In this document: one piece after another, positions 1 to 9,590 of the stretch
Layout of the letters: each line of letters begins with the position of its first letter
How positions within the stretch are numbered: the stretch's first letter is position 1
Assembly: GCA_965198225.1 (NCBI GenBank)
Contig: CBDAOY010000006.1
Location: 128,001-192,000 of the forward strand
Origin: Terriglobia bacterium
GTDB lineage: Bacteria; Acidobacteriota; Terriglobia; 20CM-2-55-15
Length of the DNA: 64,000 nt
Reading direction: 5' to 3'
Notes under the pieces: model-generated
The model's input: the letters and a program-made list of their open reading frames with translations, nothing else
What the model was told of the DNA's origin: nothing
The model's database searches: none
Made by a program: the position numbers and the translations under genes

Positions 1-745
1 CCTGAACTGCCCACTGAACCGGACGGAGTACGAACAGTTCTACGAAGCCTTGGTTTCCGCCGAGAGCGTGGAAATGCATGAATTCGAGGAGACCTGTTAC
101 TTCGAAGCCTGCCTGCCGATCGAGGAAATGGCGCGACGTGGCGTCGACACTCTAAGATTCGGCCCGATGAAACCGGTTGGGCTCGAAGACCCCCGCACGG
201 GAAAGCGCCCGTACGCGATCGTCCAGCTGAGGCAGGAAGACCTGATGGAAACCAGTTACAACATCGTGGGCTTCCAGAACCACCTCAAGTTCCCCGAGCA
301 GCGGAGGATCTTCCGGATGATCCCCGGCCTTGAGAATGCAGAATTCCTCCGTCTGGGACAGATTCACAGAAACACCTACATCAACGCTCCAGCGATCCTG
401 TCGGCCACGATGGCCTCGCGCAAGGAAGAAAGAATCTTCTTCGCCGGGCAGCTCGCTGGAACCGAGGGCTATATCGAAAACATCGCAACAGGAATGGTGG
501 CGGGCATGAACGCCGCACGCCTGTCTAAAGGCGATCCGCTGCTCACCTTTCCCGACTCGACGGCGGTGGGCGCGCTGTGCCGGTACGTCAGTACGCCCCA
601 AAGCCACTTCGCGCCAATGAACATCAATTTCGGGCTTCTGCCGCCTCTCGAAACATCGGAGAGGCTGCCCAAGGCCGAGCGACAAAAACGGGCCTGCGAG
701 CGTGCTCTCGCGTCTCTCAAGCAGCAGCCGGTCGACGTGCGATGA
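1..745 (+). CDS. trmFO: Methylenetetrahydrofolate-tRNA-(uracil-5-)-methyltransferase TrmFO, 5' truncated by window edge
   Basis: Motifs FEACLPIEEMARRG, LRFGPMKPVGL, VQLRQED, HRNTYINAP, FFAGQLAGTEGY; directly upstream of xerC as usual. Confidence 0.95.
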   Translation, partial: LNCPLNRTEYEQFYEALVSAESVEMHEFEETCYFEACLPIEEMARRGVDTLRFGPMKPVGLEDPRTGKRPYAIVQLRQEDLMETSYNIVGFQNHLKFPEQRRIFRMIPGLENAEFLRLGQIHRNTYINAPAILSATMASRKEERIFFAGQLAGTEGYIENIATGMVAGMNAARLSKGDPLLTFPDSTAVGALCRYVSTPQSHFAPMNINFGLLPPLETSERLPKAERQKRACERALASLKQQPVDVR

Positions 746-1665
746 AGAGGGAGATCGAATCGTTCCTCGCATCGCTCCGAGCCCGGGCCGCGTCTGACCA
801 TACCGTCCTCAACTACGGTCGGGACCTGAGACGATTCGAGGCCTTCATGGATTCCCGGGAGGTGACACTGGACGCCGTCGATCACCTGTTCATCCGCGAC
901 TTTCTCAATTCCCTGTACAAGCAGAAACTCAAGAAAAGCTCCGTGTCGCGCACGCTGGCGTGCATCCGGACGTTCTTCAAATTCCTGGTACGGCAGCAGC
1001 GTCTTAGGCGGAATCCGGCGGAAGTAGTTTCATCGCCGCGCCTGGGGAAGCAGCTACCGACCTACTTGAGCGAATCCGAAGTCAGCCAGATGATGGACGT
1101 CGATCAAGAAGCCACGCTGAAAAACCTCCGGGATCGGGCGATCCTGGAGCTCCTCTACGCCAGCGGTCTCCGCGTGAGCGAGCTCGTTGGACTCAATGCC
1201 TCCGACCTGGATCGCGGAGAACTGCTCGTTCGGGTTCTCGGAAAGGGTGGCAGGGAGCGGATTGTTCCGTTCGGCAGTTTCGCATCCGGAGCTCTGGACC
1301 TCTATATGTCGGAGCGACAGAGGGAACAGAAGATGCTGCCCGACAGCAGGGGAAACCTGCCCCTGTTCATCAACCTGCGCGGCACCCGACTCGGCGCCCG
1401 CTCGGTGGAGCGGCTCCTTGAGCGCTATCGCCGGTTCCTGAAGCCGGGACGCCAGGTCACACCGCATACCCTGCGACACAGCTTCGCGACACACCTGCTC
1501 GAAAACGGGGCCGATCTCCGCAGCATCCAGGAACTGCTCGGCCATTCAAGTCTCTCGACGACGCAGAAATACACCCACGTAAGCCTGCAGCACCTCCGCC
1601 GGGAGTACGACAAGGCCCACCCGAGGGCTCACTCCGAGGGTGCCGCGTCCGGGGAGGGAAGCTAG
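742..1665 (+). CDS. xerC: Tyrosine recombinase XerC
   Basis: RDRAILELLYASGLRVSEL, GKGGRERIVP, TPHTLRHSFATHLL, LLGH, TTQKYTH; ATG overlaps the trmFO stop (ATGA). Confidence 0.9.
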   Translation: MKREIESFLASLRARAASDHTVLNYGRDLRRFEAFMDSREVTLDAVDHLFIRDFLNSLYKQKLKKSSVSRTLACIRTFFKFLVRQQRLRRNPAEVVSSPRLGKQLPTYLSESEVSQMMDVDQEATLKNLRDRAILELLYASGLRVSELVGLNASDLDRGELLVRVLGKGGRERIVPFGSFASGALDLYMSERQREQKMLPDSRGNLPLFINLRGTRLGARSVERLLERYRRFLKPGRQVTPHTLRHSFATHLLENGADLRSIQELLGHSSLSTTQKYTHVSLQHLRREYDKAHPRAHSEGAASGEGS

Positions 1666-1669
1666 CGGC

Positions 1670-2569
1670 ATGCGCGTCCTCATCGCAGACGACGATGAGT
1701 CCTTGCGGACCGCTCTGGCACGATGGCTCTCGAAGTGGGGATACGAGGTCGTCATGGCGGCCGACGCTGCCGAAGCCTGGCGATACCTGGACGGCGAGGA
1801 CCCGCCCAGGCTCGTTCTTGTCGATTGGATGATGCCGGGCATGAAGGGTGTTGAAGCCTGCCGCCGTCTACGCGGAAAACCGGATGGCGCCCACTACTAC
1901 ATCGTTTTGCTGACGGGGGAAAGCGGCCGCGAGAACATGATCGAAGGCATCAACGCGGGCGCCGACGACTACGTCGTCAAGCCCTTCGACGAACAGGAAC
2001 TGGGAGTTCGCTTGCGCGCCGGTCGCCGGATCGTCGAATTGCAGGAAGCACTCCAGCGCGAGGCTTCCACTGATTCACTGACCGGTTTGCGCAATCGGAC
2101 CGCGATCTTCAGCATTCTGAGGAGGGAGTTGCAGCGGGCGCAGCGGATGACGACCCCTCTCGGTGTTGCCATGGTGGACGTCGACCACTTCAAACAACTC
2201 AACGACACACACGGTCACCTGGCAGGAGACGATTGTCTTCAAGAAGTCGCTCACCGGCTCCACTCCTCTCTGCGAACCTACGATTCGATCGGGCGGTGGG
2301 GCGGCGAGGAGTTTCTGATCGTTCTTCCCGGCTGTTCCGTCGACACCGCCACCGCTATCGCGGAACGCGTGCGCACTTCGATCGCCGACACTCCGGTGAC
2401 CGCCAGGGGCATTACGGCTACGGTCACGATCAGCGCCGGGGTCGCCTGCTGGGTCGGCGGACCGGTTCAAGACCCAGACACATTGATTCATGCGGCCGAT
2501 CAGGCCCTCTACCGCGCAAAGGAAGGCGGCCGGAATCAAGTCCATGTTGGAGAGGTGGACGACGACTGA
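1670..2569 (+). CDS. Response regulator diguanylate cyclase (REC + GGDEF)
   Basis: MRVLIADDD...DWMMP receiver domain; DSLTGLRNR, DVDHFKQLNDTHGH, RWGGEEF. Confidence 0.92.
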   Translation: MRVLIADDDESLRTALARWLSKWGYEVVMAADAAEAWRYLDGEDPPRLVLVDWMMPGMKGVEACRRLRGKPDGAHYYIVLLTGESGRENMIEGINAGADDYVVKPFDEQELGVRLRAGRRIVELQEALQREASTDSLTGLRNRTAIFSILRRELQRAQRMTTPLGVAMVDVDHFKQLNDTHGHLAGDDCLQEVAHRLHSSLRTYDSIGRWGGEEFLIVLPGCSVDTATAIAERVRTSIADTPVTARGITATVTISAGVACWVGGPVQDPDTLIHAADQALYRAKEGGRNQVHVGEVDDD

Positions 2570-2575
2570 CCGAAG

Positions 2576-2605
2576 GTCAGTCGTCGTCAGTTGTCAGTAG
2601 TCAGT
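2576..2605. repeat. Short GTCAGTN heptamer tandem repeat
   Basis: gtcagtc gtc gtcagtt gtcagta gtcagt just after the DGC stop. Confidence 0.55.
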
Positions 2606-2729
2606 GATCGATCACGATGCCTCGTGGAGGTGTGAAGATGCCGCTGGACGGATCGGCTAGACCGGTGACGATCGTGGGCGGACCGGGGCGGGAGTCCGAA
2701 GGCCGGTGGCGCCCCGAACGCTAATCCAC

Positions 2730-2800
2730 GTGTAGGTGCGCTCTATGAGCGCACGAATTCGACTTGTGAAACGATGTGCGGTTACAGACCGCACCGACAC
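2730..2800. repeat. GTAG-type REP doublet (REPIN-like), copy 1
   Basis: gtgtaggtgcgctctatgagcgcac ... gtgcggttacagaccgcaccgacac; matches 8619-8688 and 40166-40239. Confidence 0.85.
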
Positions 2801-2898
2801 TTCTGCCTACTCTTCTGCGCAGTGAACACCCGGGGACAGGGCTATACCCCTGTCCCCCTCACGTCGGCTCTCTCGCGGCACCTGGTCGCTACGCGAAT

Positions 2899-2928
2899 TT
2901 GACACCTACGCTTAGATCTAAGTAAAAT
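2899..2928 (+). promoter_or_regulatory. Sigma70-type promoter of rplU-rpmA
   Basis: TTGACA-18 bp-TAAAAT, then GGAGG RBS at 2946-2950. Confidence 0.75.
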
Positions 2929-2959
2929 TGAGTTTTGTCTTATCCGGAGGATTCCGAAC

Positions 2960-3274
2960 ATGTATGCAGTAGTACGGTCGGGCGGTAAGCAGCACCGTGT
3001 GGAACCGGGTGATCGGCTCAGGGTCGAGAAGCTGGAAGGCGACGTGGGTTCCAAGATCGAGCTCGGCGACGTCCTGATGGTCGAGAAGGACGGCAAGGTC
3101 ACCCTCGGCGAGCCTGTTATCACCAAGGCCAAAGTGAAGGCCACGGTACTGGGCCAGGATCGAGACAAGAAGATCATCGTCTTCAAGAAGAAACGGAAGA
3201 AGCAGTACCGCCGGACACGCGGACACCGGCAGCCCTACACCGAGCTGCTGGTGGACGACATCAAGCTGAGGTAG
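2960..3274 (+). CDS. rplU: 50S ribosomal protein L21
   Basis: MYAVVRSGGKQHRV...KKIIVFKKKRKKQYRRTRGHRQPYT. Confidence 0.98.
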   Translation: MYAVVRSGGKQHRVEPGDRLRVEKLEGDVGSKIELGDVLMVEKDGKVTLGEPVITKAKVKATVLGQDRDKKIIVFKKKRKKQYRRTRGHRQPYTELLVDDIKLR

Positions 3275-3283
3275 GAGTTTTTC

Positions 3284-3544
3284 ATGGCCCACAAGAAAGG
3301 CGTCGGAAGCTCACGCAACGGCCGCGACAGCAACTCTCAACGGCTCGGCGTGAAGCGTTTTGCCGGACAGTACGTCACCGGCGGCTCGATCCTGGTCCGG
3401 CAGCGGGGCACTCGCTTCAAACCCGGCGCCAACGTCGGGCGGGGCAAGGACGACACGCTGTTCGCCAAGAGATCCGGAGTCGTCGAGTTCCGGGATCGCG
3501 GTCGAGCGGGCCGCTTCATCAACGTCGCTCCAGCCTCTGAATAG
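3284..3544 (+). CDS. rpmA: 50S ribosomal protein L27
   Basis: [24 protein letters not shown]. Confidence 0.98.
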   Translation: MAHKKGVGSSRNGRDSNSQRLGVKRFAGQYVTGGSILVRQRGTRFKPGANVGRGKDDTLFAKRSGVVEFRDRGRAGRFINVAPASE

Positions 3545-3564
3545 CGCGCTCGCAAGAGAAAATC

Positions 3565-3604
3565 GGGAGCCAGGTCCGGCAGAGTCCGGGTCCTGGCTCT
3601 TTCT
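3565..3604 (+). terminator. Intrinsic terminator-like hairpin after rpmA
   Basis: gggagccagg...cctggctct stem followed by a T-rich tail. Confidence 0.65.
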
Positions 3605-3644
3605 GCATTAGCAGTCGTCTTTCTGCAATAGCAGGCCGCATCCC

Positions 3645-4658
3645 ATGTTCATCGACGAAGCCAGGATCAGCGTCCGCGCCGGCAATGGCGGGCATGGCTG
3701 TATCGCCTTCCGCCGCGAGAAGTTCGTCGCAAAGGGAGGGCCCAGCGGGGGCAATGGCGGGCGCGGCGGCGACGTCTACCTCGTTTCGAGCACCCAGGAG
3801 AACACCCTCCTGAAGTTCCGCTACAACCGTCAGTTCCGGGCCGATCGAGGACGACACGGTGAAGGCAGCGATCGACACGGCAAGAGCGGTAAGGACCTGT
3901 TGATCACGGTTCCGGTCGGCACCCTCGTTTACGACGACCAGACCGGTGCCCTCATGCAGGATTTCGACCGCGGAGACGAGCGTTGGATGGCCGCGGCCGG
4001 TGGACGCGGCGGCAAAGGGAACGCGCACTTCGCATCGTCGGTGAACCGGGCGCCCAGGAAAGCGCAGGACGGTGAAGCGGGCGCAGAAAAAGCGCTCCGG
4101 CTCGAGTTGAAGCTGCTGGCCGACGTCGGGCTGGTCGGCTTCCCGAACGCCGGCAAGTCAACGTTGATTTCGTCGATCTCGGCCGCCCACCCGAAGATCG
4201 CCGGCTACCCGTTTACAACGCTCGAGCCGAGCCTCGGCGTCGTTGAAGCCGAGAACTTCGAGACTTTCGTGATGGCCGATATCCCGGGCCTCATCGAAGG
4301 CGCGCACGAAGGACACGGACTCGGCCTGCAGTTTCTCCGTCACATCGAAAGAACGCATCTCTTGCTGTACCTGATCGACGTGTCGGTGGGCAACGAAGCG
4401 AATCCGGTCTCCCAACTGGAAGTGCTGCAGTCCGAACTCGAAGAGCATGACCCGATGCTCGTGCGGAAGCCCGCGGCTGTAGTCGCGTCGAAAATGGACA
4501 GCGTCGAAGGTGAGAAGCTCGAAGCCCTGGAGCAATGGTGTGGACACCAAAACCTCGAGTTGGTTAGAATTTCTTCAATCACTGGTAAGGGGCTCGATGA
4601 GTTGAAGCAAACGGTGGTCCGCAAGCTCGCGCCGAGAGACGAGACCGGGGGGTCGTGA
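3645..4658 (+). CDS. obgE: GTPase ObgE/CgtA
   Basis: MFIDEA...GGNGGRGG Gly-rich domain; [24 protein letters not shown]. Confidence 0.97.
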   Translation: MFIDEARISVRAGNGGHGCIAFRREKFVAKGGPSGGNGGRGGDVYLVSSTQENTLLKFRYNRQFRADRGRHGEGSDRHGKSGKDLLITVPVGTLVYDDQTGALMQDFDRGDERWMAAAGGRGGKGNAHFASSVNRAPRKAQDGEAGAEKALRLELKLLADVGLVGFPNAGKSTLISSISAAHPKIAGYPFTTLEPSLGVVEAENFETFVMADIPGLIEGAHEGHGLGLQFLRHIERTHLLLYLIDVSVGNEANPVSQLEVLQSELEEHDPMLVRKPAAVVASKMDSVEGEKLEALEQWCGHQNLELVRISSITGKGLDELKQTVVRKLAPRDETGGS

Positions 4659-5272
4659 GAATAGCCATTCTCGGGGGGACTTTCGATCCCATTCACAACG
4701 GACATCTCGCTGCAGCTCGGGCGGTCGCTGAAGCCTTTGACCTTGATGAAGTTCAATTCATCCCAACATTCTCCTCTCCTCACAAACCGGCATCGGGAAT
4801 TACCTCACCGTTCCACCGCTTCGCAATGGTCGCCCTCGCGACAGCCGACATCGAGCGATTCACGATTTCGACCAGCGAGGTCGATTGTCTGGAAGCCCGC
4901 TATTCGGTGGATACGCTGAAACTGATGCACGAGCGATACCCCGATTCCTGGTTTGTCTTCATCACGGGAACCGACATGTACGAGGAAATCGAGAGCTGGA
5001 GGGAGTATCGACAGCTGTTCGATCTCACCAGCTTCGCGGTCGTAAACCGGCCGGGTTTCGCGATGCGCGACGACATCGCTCCAGTGGAGCTCATCGAGCG
5101 GGGCGCAACTGCCAGGACGGGCGCTGGGCCGGCGGTCTACTACTTTCCGTCGGTCGAATGCGACATTTCCTCCACTCAGATTCGTGAAGAACTGAAGCGC
5201 GGCGGCAATGCCGGACGCTGGATCCAGCCGGCCGTACGCGTTTACATCGATAAACATAAGCTCTACGCATAA
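4655..5272 (+). CDS. nadD: Nicotinate-nucleotide adenylyltransferase
   Basis: [22 protein letters not shown]; obgE-nadD-rsfS synteny. Confidence 0.95.
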   Translation: MRIAILGGTFDPIHNGHLAAARAVAEAFDLDEVQFIPTFSSPHKPASGITSPFHRFAMVALATADIERFTISTSEVDCLEARYSVDTLKLMHERYPDSWFVFITGTDMYEEIESWREYRQLFDLTSFAVVNRPGFAMRDDIAPVELIERGATARTGAGPAVYYFPSVECDISSTQIREELKRGGNAGRWIQPAVRVYIDKHKLYA

Positions 5273-5279
5273 GGAGAGT

Positions 5280-5654
5280 ATTACGTCTCAAGAGAGAACG
5301 AAGGATAACGCGCTGCAGGAATTACTGGAAGCGGCCCTCGACAAGAAGGCCGATAATGTCATCGTCCTGGAACTCGAAGGTATCTGCTCTTTCTCGGATC
5401 GATTCATCATCTGCACGGGAACCTCAATCCGTCAGAACCAGACGATCGCCGACGGGATCGACGAACGGTTGAGACAATCAGGAATCCGGGCCACTCACAT
5501 CGAGGGGTACTCCGAAGGCGAGTGGATCCTGATGGACTACCTGGACTTTGTCGTCCACATCTTCACCGAACGTGCCCGCGAGTTCTACAACCTGGAACGC
5601 CTCTGGCGGGCGGGAAAGCGCCGCGAAGCGCAGGAGTTGATCGAAGCGGTGTGA
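5280..5654 (+). CDS. rsfS: Ribosome silencing factor RsfS (start codon uncertain)
   Basis: DKKA, FIICTG, EWILMDYLDFVVHIF, REFYNLERLW. Confidence 0.92.
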   Translation: MTSQERTKDNALQELLEAALDKKADNVIVLELEGICSFSDRFIICTGTSIRQNQTIADGIDERLRQSGIRATHIEGYSEGEWILMDYLDFVVHIFTERAREFYNLERLWRAGKRREAQELIEAV

Positions 5655-5832
5655 AGAAGACGTAGGCCGTTGGCAGAGGTGGTAGTCTGCACTCGCAATC
5701 GGATAACTGACTGCTGAGAATTCGGTCACCATTACTCCAGACAGCTCATGGCAGAGGAAAGGGCTGCACATAGATCGGACGAACCGTCCCGTTACCCCCT
5801 CGTCTATTACGACGAATCTCCCCTGATAGACG

Positions 5833-6029
5833 TAATGCTCCTACATTGCGAGGAGGAGCGACAACGAAGACGGTGCCGTTCCGCCGCAACCCTCCGGGCC
5901 GATGGGGGTTGGGGTCGATCTCTTTGTCGTTCGTCGTCATGATGAAACCGCATCAATTCCTCCTCTCTCCTCGACCTGGACTGGCAAGACCCATCGGCGA
6001 TGGTGCCGATGTCTCCGTTACAGGCCACT
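5833..6029. repeat. Degenerate composite of the 165-bp MITE family
   Basis: 5834-5903 resembles the right half of 38485-38649 (cattgcgagg...cgaagacggtgccgttccg...gggccgat); 6017-6029 is the terminal gttacaggccact; 5911-5980 looks like an inverted diverged core. Confidence 0.65.
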
Positions 6030-6030
6030 C

Positions 6031-6492
6031 GTGAAGTTGAAGGTGATCTGGGTGGGAAGAAACAAGAGCGCAGAACTCGCACACGTGTGCGAGGAGTTTG
6101 TCGGGAGGATTCGCCGCTTCGTCCCGCTGGAAGTCATCGAGATCAAAGATCCGCGGGTCACGAACGAGAAGAAGAGGACCGAGGTCGAGGGCGAAGGGAT
6201 CCTGTCCGCGCTGGACAAACCGGCTTTCGCCATCGCCCTGGATCCGAATGGACGAACCTATGATTCCAGCGGCTTCTCGAAGTTCCTCGACAAACACATG
6301 ACCGAAGATTCGCGCAACCTGGCCTTCGTCGTCGGAGGCCACAATGGCCTGTCCGAGGGCGTCAAGAAACGCGCCGATGAACTATTCTCGCTGTCGGATC
6401 TGACTTTCAGCCACGACCTGGCCCGCCTCGTACTTCTGGAACAGCTTTACCGCGCTCTGTCAATCATCCGCAATCACCCCTACGCCCGGTAA
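6031..6492 (+). CDS. rlmH: 23S rRNA (pseudouridine1915-N3)-methyltransferase RlmH
   Basis: GTG start; FVVGGHNGL, LSDLTFSHDLARLVLLEQLYRA, HPY. Confidence 0.93.
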   Translation: MKLKVIWVGRNKSAELAHVCEEFVGRIRRFVPLEVIEIKDPRVTNEKKRTEVEGEGILSALDKPAFAIALDPNGRTYDSSGFSKFLDKHMTEDSRNLAFVVGGHNGLSEGVKKRADELFSLSDLTFSHDLARLVLLEQLYRALSIIRNHPYAR

Positions 6493-6620
6493 CTGGCCGG
6501 CCTAAGCTCCCCTCGATACGAAAGGCTTTGTTTTTCCCACGCCAGTTTGTATCGTACTGTTCGGAACGAGTGATATATATGCCGTTCGGCACCCCAACGA
6601 CAGCCCTTCGGAGGTTCGTT

Positions 6621-8537
6621 ATGGTACGGCTCTTTTCCATGGTCTTGCTCGTGCTCCTGCCCTCGACCCTCACTGCTCAGGACACGCTCCCGGGCGACTG
6701 GCGGGATTTCCCGACTTACAAGGACGAAGTGGTGGCTTCCAGGGGGGTGGTTGCAACCAATCACCCACTCGCGTCGGCTGCCGGCCAGATGGTCCTCGCC
6801 AAGGGCGGGAACGCGGTGGACGCGATCATCTCGGCCTATTTCGCACTCTCCGTGGTGGAGCCCGCAATGTCGAGTCCGTTCGGCTCCGGATTCATCAGCA
6901 TCTACACCGCTGATGGAGAAGCAGTGACGCTCGACAACTACACCGTTGCGCCGGGCGAAGCGACCCCGCACATGTACGAGCTCGTGCACCCGGAAGACGA
7001 GACCGCACAGGCAGAGGCGGGACACGTCACCCGCGACGAGGCAAACGCAGTCGGGTACCGCTCGATCGGGGTTCCCGGCAACCTGAAGGCCTGGCTATGG
7101 GCCCTCAAGAACCACGGGAGTCGGAAGCTGTCGTTCGACCAGATCCTGGCCCCGGCAATCGACTACGCTAAGAACGGCGTTCTGCTCTCCCCGGCCGCAG
7201 CGCGGATCATCGAGGAGAGAAAGGATCGGAACAGCAGATTCCCCGGCTGGGCCGCGGAGTTTCTCCCCGGGGGCCGAGCGCCTCGGACGGGCGAGCTGTT
7301 TCGCCGGCCTGCGTACGCCGTCACCCTCGAGGCTTTGGCAAACGCCGGTCCGGCATCGGCGACCTTCGACGAGCAGCTCGAGGCCGCAGGGGAGCGCTTC
7401 TACCGGGGCGACATCGCTCGCAACGTGGTCGGATACGTGCGGTCGGAGGGCGGAATCCTTTCGATGGAGGATCTGGCCTGGTACTGGGGTCGCGGGCTTG
7501 ACGACTTGTCCGAGGGGCAGGGACTGCGCCTGCGCACACCTGTTCGGGGAACATATCGGGGATACGAGATCATCGCGATGCCCCCGACGTCGTCGGGAGG
7601 CACCCATATCGTTGAAATCCTGAACATTCTCGAAGGCTACGACCTGGCTGCGCTCGGCTTCGGGACCCCGGAGACGCTGCATCTCATGACCGAGGCGATG
7701 AAGATCGCCTGGGCAGATCGGGATGCCTATATGGGCGACCCCGATTATGCGGGGAAGGATCCGTCCTACGAGTACGCCCCTCCGCCCGTCAGCGAGCTGA
7801 TCGATCCCGGTTACGCGGCTCGCCGTCGAAAGGAGATTGATCCCGGGCGGGCCGGGCGCTACCCACCAGGGCAGTTCGGAGAGGAAACTCCCGAGCCCCT
7901 GGGAGCTCCGCTGGTGGAGTCGGCGAACACCACGCACGCCACTGCCGCCGATTCGGAGGGCAACGTGGTCTCGATGACTCAAACGCTCAACCATGGTTTC
8001 GGATCCGGCGTGGCCGTGCCAGGAGCGGAGCCGGGCGCCGGGATGCTCCTGAACAACACGATGACGCTGTTCGACCCGGACCCCCGCCCGGGTTTCGAGC
8101 GTGCGAATGCCATCGCCCCGCGGAAGCGGCAGCTCAGCAGCATGTCGCCGACCATCGTCCTCAAGGACGGAAAGCCGTTCATGGCCCTGGGCACGCCGGG
8201 TGGCACGAGGATCTACGCCACGGTCCTGCAGGGGATCATCAACGTGATCGACCACGGGATGAGCATCCAGCAGGCTGTCGAGGCCCCGCGGATCTGGAGC
8301 ATGATGTACGGCGACTTGAATATGGAGGAGGGCTTCCCGAAGGCGCTCGTTGAACCCCTGGAGAAGATGGGGCATTCCGTCCTCCGTGTCCGCACGGTGG
8401 CCGGTGGGATGAACGGGGTCCTCATCGACCCCGAGACCGGACTGATCCACGGTGGCGCATGCTGGCGGCGTGACGGATCGGTGGCGGGCTGGAGCGGCGG
8501 CGACGCTCTACCCCTGTCCAGCCCACACCCACAGTAG
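6621..8537 (+). CDS. ggt: Gamma-glutamyltransferase family protein, secreted
   Basis: Signal peptide; GGNAVDA, GVPG, PPTSSGG, NTTH nucleophile, LLNN, LSSMSPTIV, GTPGG. Confidence 0.92.
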   Translation: MVRLFSMVLLVLLPSTLTAQDTLPGDWRDFPTYKDEVVASRGVVATNHPLASAAGQMVLAKGGNAVDAIISAYFALSVVEPAMSSPFGSGFISIYTADGEAVTLDNYTVAPGEATPHMYELVHPEDETAQAEAGHVTRDEANAVGYRSIGVPGNLKAWLWALKNHGSRKLSFDQILAPAIDYAKNGVLLSPAAARIIEERKDRNSRFPGWAAEFLPGGRAPRTGELFRRPAYAVTLEALANAGPASATFDEQLEAAGERFYRGDIARNVVGYVRSEGGILSMEDLAWYWGRGLDDLSEGQGLRLRTPVRGTYRGYEIIAMPPTSSGGTHIVEILNILEGYDLAALGFGTPETLHLMTEAMKIAWADRDAYMGDPDYAGKDPSYEYAPPPVSELIDPGYAARRRKEIDPGRAGRYPPGQFGEETPEPLGAPLVESANTTHATAADSEGNVVSMTQTLNHGFGSGVAVPGAEPGAGMLLNNTMTLFDPDPRPGFERANAIAPRKRQLSSMSPTIVLKDGKPFMALGTPGGTRIYATVLQGIINVIDHGMSIQQAVEAPRIWSMMYGDLNMEEGFPKALVEPLEKMGHSVLRVRTVAGGMNGVLIDPETGLIHGGACWRRDGSVAGWSGGDALPLSSPHPQ

Positions 8538-8618
8538 CGGCGATAGCGCTGAGCGTTCGCACCTAGACAGTTCGAGGGGGGGGGGGGATTATTGGAGAAG
8601 CCCAAGTCCAAAACGGAA

Positions 8619-8688
8619 GTGTAGGTGCGGTCTATGACCGCACATTCTTCAAGCCCGAACGATGTGCGCTCATAGAGCGCACCTACAC
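8619..8688. repeat. GTAG-type REP doublet, copy 2
   Basis: gtgtaggtgcggtctatgaccgcac ... gtgcgctcatagagcgcacctacac. Confidence 0.88.
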
Positions 8689-8726
8689 CCGATCCAAGAG
8701 TTTCGCTTGTCTCCGCGTTGTGCTGA

Positions 8727-8800
8727 CGCAAAGGCGGTAGAGACGCAGAGTCATATGTTCGGATTGACAGAGTCTCTCTCTGCGTCTTAGCGTCTTTGCG
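8727..8800. repeat. Imperfect inverted repeat (CGCAAAG/GACGCAGAG type)
   Basis: cgcaaaggcggtagagacgcagag (8727-8750) pairs with ctctgcgtcttagcgtctttgcg (8778-8800). Confidence 0.6.
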
Positions 8801-8864
8801 CCAAGGCCACCCCGGCCGGCGTGATATATTTGGTCGAGCCCTTCCTTTTCTGAATCTAAATCCA

Positions 8865-9590
8865 TTGATTGATACGATTTTGAATCTACTCTTCCCGGTG
8901 GACTGCGTGCTGTGTGGGAAACCGGCAAAGGAGTGGGCCTGCGGGGTGCTGTGCCGGACATGTGCTACGGCGTTCAAGCCTGTTGGCGGGCGGATGTGTC
9001 CGCGGTGTGGTTACCAGGCTCCGGCGATTGACGGTCTCTGTGGTCGGTGTCGAACAGGCGACACCCGCTACGACTTCGGGCGGGCGGCACTCGTCTTCGA
9101 TGAGTCCCTCCGTCTCGCGATCCACCACTTCAAATACAACGATCGCGTCTCCCTCGCCCGACCGCTTGGGGCCGCCCTTCGAGCATGCCTCGAGGATGAG
9201 GACTTCGACGCCGAACTGATCGTTCCCGTACCGCTGCATCGATCCCGCGAGCGAGAACGCGGATACAACCAGGCGGAGCTGCTGGCGGCAACGCTGGGAA
9301 GGCCTGTGGATCGCAGCCTGCTCGGACGGAGGCGGCCGACCGCGACTCAGACAGGCCTGACGCGACACCAGCGCTCCCTCAACGTTCGTGGAGCGTTTGA
9401 AGTCCGACGGAAGGTATCCGGTTCGGTGTTGATCGTCGACGATGTCGAGACGACCGGATCGACCATCAACGAGGTCGCGAGGGTTCTCCAGCGGGGTGGC
9501 GCTTCGCGGATCGAGGTGCTGACGCTGGCGCGCGTCGCCGACGCTACGAGCTTGCAGCCGGAGCCGACTGAACTTCTCGAGTCTCGCTGA
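8865..9590 (+). CDS. comF: ComF family protein (double zinc ribbon + phosphoribosyltransferase domain); start uncertain
   Basis: LFPVDCVLC, CRTC, CPRC, CGRC; PVPLH...RGYNQAELLA; LIVDDVETTGST. Confidence 0.88.
   Translation: MIDTILNLLFPVDCVLCGKPAKEWACGVLCRTCATAFKPVGGRMCPRCGYQAPAIDGLCGRCRTGDTRYDFGRAALVFDESLRLAIHHFKYNDRVSLARPLGAALRACLEDEDFDAELIVPVPLHRSRERERGYNQAELLAATLGRPVDRSLLGRRRPTATQTGLTRHQRSLNVRGAFEVRRKVSGSVLIVDDVETTGSTINEVARVLQRGGASRIEVLTLARVADATSLQPEPTELLESR

Noticed and set aside
742-1665. xerC as a mobile-element integrase
   Set aside because: The housekeeping trmFO-xerC context and XerC-type motifs indicate the chromosomal resolvase.
5746-6082. Small ORFs between rsfS and rlmH, one with an AGGAGG RBS on the minus strand
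   Set aside because: They lie within the MITE-related composite; the apparent RBS is part of its purine-rich core.
7095-8450. Long antisense ORFs (also 9595-10407, 26607-27599, 44281-46161, 55039-56157)
   Set aside because: Shadow frames of well-supported genes, expected at high GC.
8576-8587. G12 homopolymer as a phase-variation tract
   Set aside because: Intergenic, downstream of ggt, not in an evident promoter spacer; the length may be a sequencing error.
9544-9590. 47-bp convergent overlap of comF and lpxC
   Set aside because: Short 3' overlaps of variable tails are common.
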